Below, one piece after another: positions 18,500 through 27,856 of a stretch of 64,000 bases of DNA. Origin of the DNA: Candidatus Latescibacterota bacterium (lineage in GTDB: Bacteria; Latescibacterota; UBA2968; UBA8231); assembly GCA_965242865.1 (NCBI GenBank), contig CBDETK010000013.1, positions 1,696,001-1,760,000 on the forward strand, written 5' to 3'. The notes beneath the pieces are model-generated. The model had not been told where the DNA came from. It searched no databases and saw nothing but the letters and a program-made list of their open reading frames with translations. The translations under genes were made by a program, and so were the position numbers. Position 1 is the stretch's first letter. Each line of letters begins with the position of its first letter.

Positions 18500-21278
18500 G
18501 GGGATACCCGCGTGGTTGGTCCTCGTGGCCTTGGTCGCGCCGGCGACCGGGGCAGTAGGCCAGACCCTGGACCGTCGTTTCGGGACCCAGCGCGGTGCCC
18601 AGCTCACCTTTGAGCCCCGAGGGCCGGGCGTCCTCTTCGATGCCCTCGACCCGGCGCTCAAGAAATGGTACGTGCCGCAGGAGCTGTACGTGGATTACGG
18701 CTTTCGCCAGTGGGAGTACTCAAACTACGCCCGCACCCTATACCAGCGCTACGTCAACACCAACCGCCAAGGCGGGCCGTTTTACGACCTGTACGGGAAT
18801 TACCAGACTTGGGGTTGGTTGATTTTCGACTGGAACCAGACGCAACCGGGCCAATTTGGTTCGTCGATATACAAAGACCCCAAGTTCAATTCGTGGTTCA
18901 ACGCCGTCACGGTCTCGTCCGATGCACGCGATCAGTATTACCTCGCGATCACCATTGGCGAGCGCATCCGCACGGCCCTGACGCCGCTGACCTTTTCCAA
19001 GCCGCGCTTCAACGGCATCCAGATGGACTTTGCCGCGGACAAGTACGAGGCGACCCTGTTGTTCTCCCGCGCCAGCGAGGCCATCCTCGGCACCACCCCC
19101 GAACGCCAGCCCAGCACCTCGACCAACGCGACCAACATGATGGGGGGCCGGGCCACCGCGCAGGTGGGGGATTTCGTCAAGGTCGGCGCGACGCTGGTCA
19201 ACGCCCATCACTCGCAGACGCTGGCCGAGGCGTTTGAACGCAACCCCCTCGTCGGCACCTTGGGGGCCGAGCAGGGCAGCGACCCGATCCGGGCCATTGC
19301 CATCGTCCTGAGCGACGACTCCCCGGAAGACGGTCGGGGCGGGGCCGCGCTGTTTGCCCACGACATTATCATTACGGCCGAGGATTTCGACACCAAGAAG
19401 CGCACGAAATTCCGCTGGCGGGAGGTGGTGGCCGATCCGACCAAGTGGCCGGTCCTCACCGGCGGCTTCCCCCGGGAGGGCTTTTTGGCGGCCGACGGCA
19501 GCGAGCAGATCGTCATCAACTACGATTTCACGGACTTGGCGTACATCGGTCCTAGGCCGACCGAGATCGTGGATATCCAGTTCGATTTGGTGGTGGCCAA
19601 CGACTACAAAATTCAGGTTTGGTCCGATCGCCAAATCGGGCGCGGCAGCCTGCCCAGTCCGCCGCTTACGAGCTTGGATTTGGAACAAGCCGGGGCCGTG
19701 CTCTTTGACGTCCGCAGCGCGGCCGGCAATGTGACGGACAATTCAAACCAACAGCGCGTAGTCTTTGACTATGGGTTGCCGTCGGCCAACATGGTGTTCG
19801 GGTTTACGCTCGAAGTGTTGCAGTGGCTGGGCTTTGACGCCTATGCCGAGTACGACATCAACCGCGCGTACACCCAGTATCCCAACCTCACGCTCGTCAA
19901 CTCCGATCGCAACCTGAATACCCACGCCCGCGACGCAGCCGCTTGGATGGTCAACGTGTCCAAGCAGGCGTATCCGTTTTTCTTGTTCGGCGAAGCCTTC
20001 AGCATGGACCCGGCGTACTCGACGACCGCGTTTATCGTGGATTCGGGCGGCAGCGTGTATTACGACGACGAGCGCACCTCAGTCTATGAGTTTGTCGATG
20101 ACAACGACGACCAAGACCGCACGCCCGATTGGAGCCGCTGGGGCCAAGGCGGCCCGGACGCAATCGTCTTCCCCGGGTGGGACGAAAACAACGATTTTGT
20201 CTCGGATTTCAACCAGAACGACAACATCTCTCTGAGCAATCGCATCCCGGATTACGAGGAGCCGTTTTTCCGCTACACCGTCGACCGGCCCGAATTCCTC
20301 TTTGGCATCGACCTCAACAACAACAACTGGATCGACCGCTTTGAAAACGACGACTTGCCCGACTACCCCTATCGCCGCAACCACCGGGGCTACAATGTGT
20401 ACGTCGGCCAACACCTGACGCCGGACGCTCGCCTGACCGTCGGGCGGCTGCGCGAGGACGAAATATCCTCCAACCGCCGCAACCACGTGACCTACGGCAT
20501 CTTCGCGTACGACCGCGACCACCCGCGCTGGGGCCGCCTGCGGTTTTTCAATTCCCTGAAAAAGGTCGCCGACGACATCCCGGACATTCGCCGCGAGCCA
20601 ACTCCCGACTTGCAGACGGTCTCGCTGGCCCACGTCGAGGACATCCTGCCGGCGCGGGACACCTGGGTCAACGACAGCTACGTGCAATTCGATTACGCCC
20701 CCGTGCAAAACCTAAACGCGATCAACAAGTTCAAGTACAGCCTGTTCCACCAGCGCGGCACGGCGTTCAAAAGCGGCGACGCGCCCATCCTCAACCAGCG
20801 CACCTATTTTCTGGGGTTGATCAACAAGGCCGATTACACCTACGCGATCGGCCAACTCGTGCTGCAACCCAAGGTCAAAAGCGAATACCTCAACCAGACG
20901 GCCTTTTTGGCGGCCGATCCTGACCGCGAGGAGTGGATGGGCATTGGCATTGTGCAGGCGCGGCTGCCGGTGTTGAACAACTCCTTCCTCGAAAGCGGCG
21001 TGGAGTACTCCATGTTCCGCGAATTGGTCCTCAACGAAGACGCCTTGCTGGCCGCTGGCCCGACCGGGGACACGGGCGATTTTCGCAACTTGGTCTTGGC
21101 CGTGCAGTGGACGACGCTCGGCCACTACTTGGGCTACAAGCTGACCACCCAGTTCGGCCTCAGCTACACCAAGCGATGGGACGAGGCCGTAGTCTTGACC
21201 ACCGAGGGCCTAGTCAAACAAACCGAGAGCCGCTCCTTCGGCACCAGTTTTATCTCAGTGTACGCCGGCGTAGAATAA
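18486..21278 (+). CDS. Large exported hypothetical protein, paralog 1 (putative outer-membrane protein with Asp/Asn-rich motifs)
   Basis: Signal peptide; extensive motif identity to 21278-24385; DENNDFVSDFNQN and DLNNNNWIDRFENDD; beta-strand-like C-terminus FISVYAGVE. Confidence 0.85.
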   Translation: MGKTRGIPAWLVLVALVAPATGAVGQTLDRRFGTQRGAQLTFEPRGPGVLFDALDPALKKWYVPQELYVDYGFRQWEYSNYARTLYQRYVNTNRQGGPFYDLYGNYQTWGWLIFDWNQTQPGQFGSSIYKDPKFNSWFNAVTVSSDARDQYYLAITIGERIRTALTPLTFSKPRFNGIQMDFAADKYEATLLFSRASEAILGTTPERQPSTSTNATNMMGGRATAQVGDFVKVGATLVNAHHSQTLAEAFERNPLVGTLGAEQGSDPIRAIAIVLSDDSPEDGRGGAALFAHDIIITAEDFDTKKRTKFRWREVVADPTKWPVLTGGFPREGFLAADGSEQIVINYDFTDLAYIGPRPTEIVDIQFDLVVANDYKIQVWSDRQIGRGSLPSPPLTSLDLEQAGAVLFDVRSAAGNVTDNSNQQRVVFDYGLPSANMVFGFTLEVLQWLGFDAYAEYDINRAYTQYPNLTLVNSDRNLNTHARDAAAWMVNVSKQAYPFFLFGEAFSMDPAYSTTAFIVDSGGSVYYDDERTSVYEFVDDNDDQDRTPDWSRWGQGGPDAIVFPGWDENNDFVSDFNQNDNISLSNRIPDYEEPFFRYTVDRPEFLFGIDLNNNNWIDRFENDDLPDYPYRRNHRGYNVYVGQHLTPDARLTVGRLREDEISSNRRNHVTYGIFAYDRDHPRWGRLRFFNSLKKVADDIPDIRREPTPDLQTVSLAHVEDILPARDTWVNDSYVQFDYAPVQNLNAINKFKYSLFHQRGTAFKSGDAPILNQRTYFLGLINKADYTYAIGQLVLQPKVKSEYLNQTAFLAADPDREEWMGIGIVQARLPVLNNSFLESGVEYSMFRELVLNEDALLAAGPTGDTGDFRNLVLAVQWTTLGHYLGYKLTTQFGLSYTKRWDEAVVLTTEGLVKQTESRSFGTSFISVYAGVE

Positions 21279-24200
21279 TGCGACGCAATTCAACCCAGCC
21301 GCCGCCCTTATGGTGCCCCGCGATTTCCCTGCTGTCCATCCTATCCCCGGCGATTCGCCGTTGGGACAGGCCCCCGTTGGGACAGGCCCCCGTTGGGACA
21401 GGCCCCCGTTGGGACAGGCCCCGTTGGGACAGGCCCCGTTGGGACAGGCCCCGTTGGGACAGGCCCCGTTGGGACAGGCCCCGTTGGGACAGGCCCCCGT
21501 TGGGACAGGCCCCCGTTGGGACAGGCCCCTGTTGGGACAGGCCCCCGTGCCTGTCCATCCCCATACCTATCCCCACCCTCATCGCAATCTCCCTCCTCTC
21601 CCTCCTCTCCCTCCTCCTCTCCCCCGCGACCGCCCAACCCGACTACGGCAACCGCCTAGGAACCCACGAAGCCGACCGGGTCTCCTACTACGCCAGCGGC
21701 CCGCTCGTACAGCAGGCGGCGTTGGTCCCGGCGTTGAAGCGCTGGTACATGCCGCAGGAAATGGCCTCGGAATACCGCTACCAGTGGGAGTACACCAACT
21801 ACGCCAAGACGCCCTACCGCCGCTATTTTTCGCCCCAGCAAGAAGGCGATTATTTCTACGACCTGTACGGCCGCTACTTGACCAAGGGGTGGCTGGTGTA
21901 CGACTGGCGGCAGCGGCAGCCGACCAGCTCGGGCGGCTCGGGCCTGCTCAAGCCCGATGGCCGCTACAACTCGTGGTTTAGCAACCTGCTCGTCTCCACC
22001 GACGCCAAGGGCCAGCACTACTTGGGGGTGACGATCGGCGACTTGATCAACACCACGCTGACGCCGATGACGTTCCGCAAAACCCGCTTCAACGGAGTGC
22101 AATTCGACTATGCGGCCGATCGCTTGGCCGCGACCGTGCTGCTGTCGCGGATTAGTCTGCCGGTGCATCAGATCGCTCCCGGGGTGCGCGTCCCGGTGGT
22201 CACGGAAAACTTTACCAATCTGCTCGGCTTCAGGAGCGAGTGGAAGGCCCTCGACGCGGTGCGCTTGGGTGCGACCTTTGTCAACGCCCACAACGGCCGG
22301 GCGCAAGCCGACCGCGGCGGCAACCCGTTCAAGGGCAAGCTGACCAACGGCCAGCTAGAAAACCGCATCAACTGGATCATCGTCCGCATCACGGACGACT
22401 CGCCCGAAGACGGCGTGGGCGGCCCCATGGTTTTCGACCGCGACATTGAGGTCCATACCCAAATCGGCGGCCGCGACACCGTGCTGGTCGGCAGCCGGCT
22501 CGGGTTTCAGCCGCAGGTGGAAGGGGGCACCACGCGCAATGGCTTTCCCGTGGCCGAAGGAGCCGGCAGCGAGGGCGCGATCACGTACCGCTACAATTTT
22601 TCGGCGGCGGACCCGGCCGTGGCGGCGTTGGAAGACCTCGTAGATGACGCCGATTTGGTCAACAACATCACCGCGGTGCGGTTCCGCTTCTTGCTCAACA
22701 ACGATTACCGGGTCGCGGTCACCTCGGATGTCCAGACGGACAACGAGCCGTTGGGGGCCCAATCCAAGTTCTTGACGGTGGTGCGGGCCGCGGGCAATGT
22801 CCGCGACAACTCCAATCAGCAGTGGGTAGTCTTTGACTACGGCTTGCCGACCGCGACGCAGGTTTTTGGCTTCAGTGTTGAGGTCCGCGACTGGGCGGGG
22901 TTTCAGCTATACGCCGAGTACAATGTCAACCACCAGTTCCGGCAGTACCCCAACATCGCGCGCTCAACGCACCGCAGCGCGTCCGGCGTGGTAGGCAACG
23001 AGTCCGCGACCGGCTGGATGATCAACGTCGCCAGAGAATTCTATCCCTTCTTCTTCTTTGGTGAGGCATTCGGCATGGACGCTGAGTACAATACCACGTC
23101 GTTTCTCGTCGATCAGGGCGGGCGGATCAATTACGGCGCGGACGAAGAGGCCCGGTCGGAATTTATCTACGACTTGGTCGACGACAACGACGACAACGAC
23201 CTCCGCCTCGACCAACGGCGCGACAAGGAGGGCTGGGCCGACGAGGCCGTGTTCCCCGGGCTTGACGAAAACAACGACTTCATTTCCGATTTCAACCAGA
23301 ACAATACTTCGGTGCGCCCCAACTTCACGCCCGACTACGAGGAGCAGTTTTTGCGCCACTACGTCGATCGCCCGGAATTCGTCTTCGCGCTCGATTTGAA
23401 CAACAACGGTTGGGGCGAGCGCTTTGAAAACGACGACGAGCCGGATTACCCCTACAAGCGCGACCGGCGCGGGTACAACGCTTACGTGGGGGCGTGGCTG
23501 ACGCCGGAATTGAAGTGGATGGCCGGGCAAGAGCACGTTCAGCGTTTATCGACGGGCGAAAGCAATGTGACCCGCTACGCCCTGCTGGCCTACGAGCGCA
23601 GCTTCCCCCAGGTGGGCAATGCAGCTTTGTACAACCTGTTCAAGGTGGTGCAGGACGACATCGCCGACGACGTGGTTCAGTGGGTGACGGCGCGGCCCGA
23701 GCTGGGCCGACCGCTGGACTCGTCCGGGTCGATGCAGCCCATTGCGGACCCGCTGGCGATGCGCGACGCGGTGGTCAACCGGCTGTGGGCTGGTTTTACC
23801 GGCAAGTCCTACAAGGGCATTCACAGCGAGGGCAAGTTCATTCACGAATTCATTCGGCAGCGCGACGCCAACGCCCGCGATCGCGCCGGTCGCCCGATCG
23901 CCCGCACCACGCGGCGGCTGGGGCTGATCAACCGCTTTGACTACCAGTTCTCGCTGGGCCGGACGGCGATACAACCGCGCTTCAAGCACGAGCTCTTCAT
24001 GGACGACACCCCCTACCACATCGGTCGCCTGACCAGCGCTGCGACCGCCGAGCGCCAAGACTGGAGCGGGATTTTCTCGCTCTTGTTGCGCCGTCCCTTT
24101 TTGAACCGCGTGTTGCTACAGTTGGGCGTTGAGCACCTGATCTTCCGCGATTTTGTCCAAGCCGAGACGGCCGCCGGTGGCTTGCGGGCGGGCGATGTAA

Positions 24201-24385
24201 CCGGGGATTTCGACGAGACATCGCTCGCCGTGCAATTTTCCATTGACAAGCCGTACCTGGGCTATACCCTGCAAACCCTGATGGGGATCAGACTGAGCAG
24301 ACGTCATCTAGAGCGCTTTGAGCAGCCGAGGGCGCGGGAGACGGGCGCGCTTTCCTTTGTGACGGTATATGGCAGCGTCCGCTAA
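21278..24385 (+). CDS. Large exported hypothetical protein, paralog 2, with repeat array in its N-terminus
   Basis: TAATG stop/start overlap at 21276-21280, in frame with the long ORF; paralogous to the upstream gene. Confidence 0.82.
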   Translation: MRRNSTQPPPLWCPAISLLSILSPAIRRWDRPPLGQAPVGTGPRWDRPRWDRPRWDRPRWDRPRWDRPRWDRPPLGQAPVGTGPCWDRPPCLSIPIPIPTLIAISLLSLLSLLLSPATAQPDYGNRLGTHEADRVSYYASGPLVQQAALVPALKRWYMPQEMASEYRYQWEYTNYAKTPYRRYFSPQQEGDYFYDLYGRYLTKGWLVYDWRQRQPTSSGGSGLLKPDGRYNSWFSNLLVSTDAKGQHYLGVTIGDLINTTLTPMTFRKTRFNGVQFDYAADRLAATVLLSRISLPVHQIAPGVRVPVVTENFTNLLGFRSEWKALDAVRLGATFVNAHNGRAQADRGGNPFKGKLTNGQLENRINWIIVRITDDSPEDGVGGPMVFDRDIEVHTQIGGRDTVLVGSRLGFQPQVEGGTTRNGFPVAEGAGSEGAITYRYNFSAADPAVAALEDLVDDADLVNNITAVRFRFLLNNDYRVAVTSDVQTDNEPLGAQSKFLTVVRAAGNVRDNSNQQWVVFDYGLPTATQVFGFSVEVRDWAGFQLYAEYNVNHQFRQYPNIARSTHRSASGVVGNESATGWMINVAREFYPFFFFGEAFGMDAEYNTTSFLVDQGGRINYGADEEARSEFIYDLVDDNDDNDLRLDQRRDKEGWADEAVFPGLDENNDFISDFNQNNTSVRPNFTPDYEEQFLRHYVDRPEFVFALDLNNNGWGERFENDDEPDYPYKRDRRGYNAYVGAWLTPELKWMAGQEHVQRLSTGESNVTRYALLAYERSFPQVGNAALYNLFKVVQDDIADDVVQWVTARPELGRPLDSSGSMQPIADPLAMRDAVVNRLWAGFTGKSYKGIHSEGKFIHEFIRQRDANARDRAGRPIARTTRRLGLINRFDYQFSLGRTAIQPRFKHELFMDDTPYHIGRLTSAATAERQDWSGIFSLLLRRPFLNRVLLQLGVEHLIFRDFVQAETAAGGLRAGDVTGDFDETSLAVQFSIDKPYLGYTLQTLMGIRLSRRHLERFEQPRARETGALSFVTVYGSVR
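21360..21556 (+). repeat. Tandem array of 12 GTTGGGACAGGCCCC(C) units ending in a REP-like hairpin
   Basis: Counted 3x16, 5x15, 3x16 bp units, then a 16-bp unit followed by GTGCCTGTCC, which pairs with GGACAGGC. Confidence 0.95.
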
Positions 24386-24389
24386 ATTA

Positions 24390-24535
24390 TATAGTCGTCC
24401 TAAATGACTTGAAAGCATGGCATGTTGATCGACGCCATCTTTTTTATCTAGGAAACGTCATTCCCGCGAAAGAACGTCACCCCGTGCTCCGACACGGGGC
24501 GGGAATCCAGTCTTGAATGATGTAGGATTGCTATA
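24390..24535 (+). mobile_element. MITE-like element copy B (complete, 146 bp)
   Basis: Imperfect TIRs TATAGTCGTCCTAAATGA / TGATGTAGGATTGCTATA; internal nested hairpins. Confidence 0.85.
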
Positions 24536-24540
24536 CCGTT

Positions 24541-24798
24541 ATGAACAGGCCGGTGTGGTGGGATTGGGAATTGGAGTTATCCTTCCATTTGGAAAAGCGC
24601 ATGCTCCAGCGCGATTTTACCGAGATTGACTTGCGTACTATGTTGGATCGAGCCACTGGGTATCACCCGGACTTTGTAGAGGGACGCTGGAGCATTGCAA
24701 CAATTCATCGCTATCATCCATGGGAAGTTATCGTCGAACCGGATTTTCTGGAAAGGTTGCTGGTCGTTATAACTGCGTATCCCCTTTTGAGGAGTTAA
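24541..24798 (+). CDS. DUF4258-like putative toxin
   Basis: 85 aa; S.HL.KRMLQR and VVITAY motifs; paired with a DUF2283-like gene. Confidence 0.75.
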   Translation: MNRPVWWDWELELSFHLEKRMLQRDFTEIDLRTMLDRATGYHPDFVEGRWSIATIHRYHPWEVIVEPDFLERLLVVITAYPLLRS

Positions 24799-24800
24799 GT

Positions 24801-25085
24801 ATGAGACAACGCTATTTGGAAATTACCTTTCGCAAAGGAAAGCCCTTAGCCGCTTACTTGTACCTATCCGGTACTTCGGGTGTAAAAAGTCTGCGAACCG
24901 AGCCGAGAGATGTAGGTTTATTGGTGGACTTTGGCCCTGAAGATCGCCCTATTGGTTTAGAGATCACAGCACCAGAGCAAACAACGGTCGCTCAGATCAA
25001 CGAGATTTTGCGTAGTCTCGGTCTTTCTCCCATGGCGGAGGAGGACTTATCGCCGCTATACCAACTTAGTAAGGCACCACAATGA
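24801..25085 (+). CDS. DUF2283-like putative antitoxin
   Basis: GGAG RBS; AAYLYL and LLVDF...PIGLEI motifs. Confidence 0.75.
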   Translation: MRQRYLEITFRKGKPLAAYLYLSGTSGVKSLRTEPRDVGLLVDFGPEDRPIGLEITAPEQTTVAQINEILRSLGLSPMAEEDLSPLYQLSKAPQ

Positions 25086-26779
25086 ATCTGCTACGGTTTT
25101 TATGCGTCGGCCTGGTCCTCGCCGGTTGTGCCAAGGATGCCGAGGAACTAGAAGATCCGGTTTTGGCCCAAGTGGGCGACCGCCGGATAACGGCTTCTCA
25201 ACTGATCGACTTTGAGCAGCGCGTGCCGGCGCAGCTCAAGACCAAGAAAGCTGGCTTGGACGGCTACCGCGATTATTTGCAGACGATTATCGACAAGGAG
25301 ATTTTCGTCCAAGAAGCGCTCAACAGGGGGCTCGACGAAACGCCGGAGGTGGCACAGAAGCTGGCGCGGGAAAAGGCCGAGCGGGTGTTGCGGCTGTTGT
25401 TCGAGCGCGAATTTCTCGCCAACGTCCACGTCGATGAGCAGGAGCTGCGCGCGGCCTACGAGGCTGCGGACCCAGAGCGCGAAGTCAAGCTGCGCCTAAT
25501 CATCGTGGCCACCCAGCAAGAAGCCGAGGAAATCCGGCAAAGCCTTGCCGACGGGCGGGATTTCGCCGAACTGGCCCTCAGCCGGTCGCTGCACCAATCA
25601 ACGGCGCCGCACGGCGGGGAACTCGACGGCTATCTGACCGCCAACCGCATCCCGATTTACCTGCAACCGTACATCAACGCGCTCGCAGTCGGCGAGTACT
25701 CAGAGCCGATCGGCTTGCCCAATGGCCAGTTTGGGATCTATCAAGTCATGTTCGCCCGGCCCGTGAGTTTTGCCACGGCGAGCCACGCGCTGGAAGCCAA
25801 GTTGAGAGAGGAAAAGACGACCGCGCTCATAGAGGCATTCCTAGCGCAACTGCGGACCGACATCGGCTTGCAGGCCAACGCCGAGACCTTGCGCCAGCTC
25901 CAGCAACAAGTGGCGGCCGGGCGCAGAGAGTTCAGCGCGGCCGAACGCGCCGAGGCACTCTTTCAATTTCGCGGCGGCCGGGTCACCGTGGGCGATTTTT
26001 GGCAGTACGCCGACGAGCTGAAGATGGGCTTTTCCGGCGACATAGCCGAGTCCGTGCGCTGGTTTGCCGAAGATGTGCTGCTGCCCCGCGCCTTGTTTTT
26101 GCACGTGGCATACAAAAGGGGCTTGGACCGCGAAGAGCCGATCGTGCGTTGGGAGCAGCGTCGCAAAGACGCGCTGTTGCTGTTGGCCCTTCGGCAGACA
26201 GCGGTCAAGGACCAAGTCCACATTGAGCCAGAGGCCGTCAGGAACCTATACGACGAGCGGCCCGAATTGTTTACCGCCCCAGAGGAGGTCTCGTTGCAGG
26301 AGATCATGGTGCAAACCCGGGCCGAGGCCGTTGCGCTCAAGGAGCGGATCGAAGCGGGGGAGCCGATGGGGCCGCTCGCGGACGAACACACCTTGCGCGC
26401 CGTAGGCAAGGGGGCGCAAGGCCAATTCCACATCCACGCCTTTGAACAATCCTTCTACCGCGAATTGATCGACGCGGTGCGCAACGCCGAGGTCGGCGGG
26501 TTGTACGGCCCGCTAGCGGTGACCGCGCAGGCCGCGCAGGTGGTTGGCCCGGAGGCCATGCCGCGGGGCGGCGAGTACTATTCGGTGTTCAAGGTGCTGG
26601 AATCGAATTTCGGTAGTGCGCCCGAGCCTTTTGACACGGCGGCGAAGCGAGCGCGGGTGCTGTTGAAACGCGCTGAGGAGAGCCGCTTGGCCGACGAGTT
26701 CCTGCGGCGGCTGCGGCGGGATTACGACGCGCGGGTTGTCGTGTATGAGGACCGCCTCGAGACGGTGTTGCCCCAATGA
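25082..26779 (+). CDS. Parvulin-type peptidyl-prolyl isomerase lipoprotein (SurA/PrsA-like, two PPIase domains)
   Basis: Lipobox LVLAGC; DFAELALSRSL..TAPHGGELDG; second domain EVSLQEIMV..LADEHT. Confidence 0.88.
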   Translation: MNLLRFLCVGLVLAGCAKDAEELEDPVLAQVGDRRITASQLIDFEQRVPAQLKTKKAGLDGYRDYLQTIIDKEIFVQEALNRGLDETPEVAQKLAREKAERVLRLLFEREFLANVHVDEQELRAAYEAADPEREVKLRLIIVATQQEAEEIRQSLADGRDFAELALSRSLHQSTAPHGGELDGYLTANRIPIYLQPYINALAVGEYSEPIGLPNGQFGIYQVMFARPVSFATASHALEAKLREEKTTALIEAFLAQLRTDIGLQANAETLRQLQQQVAAGRREFSAAERAEALFQFRGGRVTVGDFWQYADELKMGFSGDIAESVRWFAEDVLLPRALFLHVAYKRGLDREEPIVRWEQRRKDALLLLALRQTAVKDQVHIEPEAVRNLYDERPELFTAPEEVSLQEIMVQTRAEAVALKERIEAGEPMGPLADEHTLRAVGKGAQGQFHIHAFEQSFYRELIDAVRNAEVGGLYGPLAVTAQAAQVVGPEAMPRGGEYYSVFKVLESNFGSAPEPFDTAAKRARVLLKRAEESRLADEFLRRLRRDYDARVVVYEDRLETVLPQ

Positions 26780-26798
26780 GAATTTTTAGACGGAGTGC

Positions 26799-27050
26799 AT
26801 GATGTCAAAAATCACCTTTGAATGTCCAGATGATATTCTGCAAACCCTCGGCGAAACGCCTGTACACTTCGCTGAAAAAGGACGTCTGCTGATAGCTGTC
26901 AAACTGTTTGAACTCGGGCGTCTGTCTTCCGGGCAAGCCGCTCGATTTGCGGGTATGGACCGCGTTGTATTTTTAGACGCCTTAAAGACCTACCAAGTAT
27001 CGGCTATCAATCTATCCCCGGAAGAATTGGCAAAGGAAAGAATCAACTAG
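26799..27050 (+). CDS. UPF0175-family putative antitoxin (orphan)
   Basis: AVKLFELGRLSSGQAARFAGMDRV.FL motif. Confidence 0.85.
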   Translation: MMSKITFECPDDILQTLGETPVHFAEKGRLLIAVKLFELGRLSSGQAARFAGMDRVVFLDALKTYQVSAINLSPEELAKERIN

Positions 27051-27054
27051 AGTC

Positions 27055-27133
27055 GTCATTCCCGCACACGGACGTCACCCCGTGCTCCGACACGGGGCGG
27101 GAATCCAGTCTTGAATGATGTAGGATTGCTATA
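27055..27133 (+). mobile_element. MITE-like element copy C (right half only)
   Basis: Near-identical to 24457-24535; left TIR absent. Confidence 0.85.
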
Positions 27134-27135
27134 AT
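27127..27135 (+). promoter_or_regulatory. Extended -10 promoter TGcTATAAT formed at the MITE end
   Basis: Perfect TGnTATAAT about 40 bp upstream of the 27175 start, which has an AAGGAG RBS. Confidence 0.6.
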
Positions 27136-27174
27136 AGCTAGCGTGTCCCTCGTTCTTTAGAAAGGAGAGTTTCC

Positions 27175-27678
27175 GTGACCGATATATCTTTCGACGATTT
27201 CGTCGACCAACAAATAGCCAAGACCAAGCCATCAATTGACAGGCCCCAAAGACGCGACGATTGGGTCGAGCATCTCGATGAATTCTACCAGCTAGCCGAA
27301 GAATTCCTGCGGAAATACATTGAGCAAGACAAGGTCCATCTTACGCGGGCCACCAAGCAGATCAATGAGGAATATATGGATAGTTATGACGTGGCATCTC
27401 TCGAGGTCCAGATTGGTGCCGTCAATGTTCGCTTCGACCCCATCGGTACAAACCTGATCGGTGCCAAAGGTCGTGTAGATATGCACGGGCCGCACGGCAC
27501 GGTCAAGTTTGTTCTCGTCCCGAAAACCGCTTCGTCCCCGAGGATTCCAAAGGATGAACCGGAACCTGTTGTGGAGGAGTGGGCGTGGAAAATACTTACG
27601 CCACCTCCGAACATCAAACACATCGAACTTGTGGAGGAGTCCTTTCTTTCCGCAATAATGGAAGCTGCGAATGCCTAG
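27175..27678 (+). CDS. Hypothetical protein (lower GC)
   Basis: 167-aa ORF with strong RBS; PIGTNLIGAKGRVD motif. Confidence 0.75.
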   Translation: MTDISFDDFVDQQIAKTKPSIDRPQRRDDWVEHLDEFYQLAEEFLRKYIEQDKVHLTRATKQINEEYMDSYDVASLEVQIGAVNVRFDPIGTNLIGAKGRVDMHGPHGTVKFVLVPKTASSPRIPKDEPEPVVEEWAWKILTPPPNIKHIELVEESFLSAIMEAANA

Positions 27679-27856
27679 TGCGCGGAGAGTCACGTTTTCT
27701 GGAGAACATCTCCCACTTGTCGAGATTGCCCAATATTATAGCGACATTGAAGCAGCCGTAAGGAACTACTTTTCGTTATCGAACAAAAACACCCGTATCC
27801 AAGAGCACTCTCACCTGTTTCTGAGGAGGACAAATCGTGAAGATCACCAATGTTGA
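27671..27856 (+). pseudogene. Probable 3'-truncated partner gene of 27175
   Basis: Start overlaps the upstream stop; protein-like for about 38 aa, then runs into the next gene's RBS region. Confidence 0.4.

Noticed and set aside
20933-21277. N-terminal 115 aa of the 1150-aa ORF
   Set aside because: Overlaps the upstream gene in another frame; the TAATG-coupled start at 21278 is more plausible.
21360-21556. Possible CRISPR array
   Set aside because: Units are contiguous with no unique spacers; no cas genes in the window.
24390-27856. Integron cassette array
   Set aside because: No integron integrase seen, and the repeats lack recognisable attC RYYYAAC/GTTRRRY ends.
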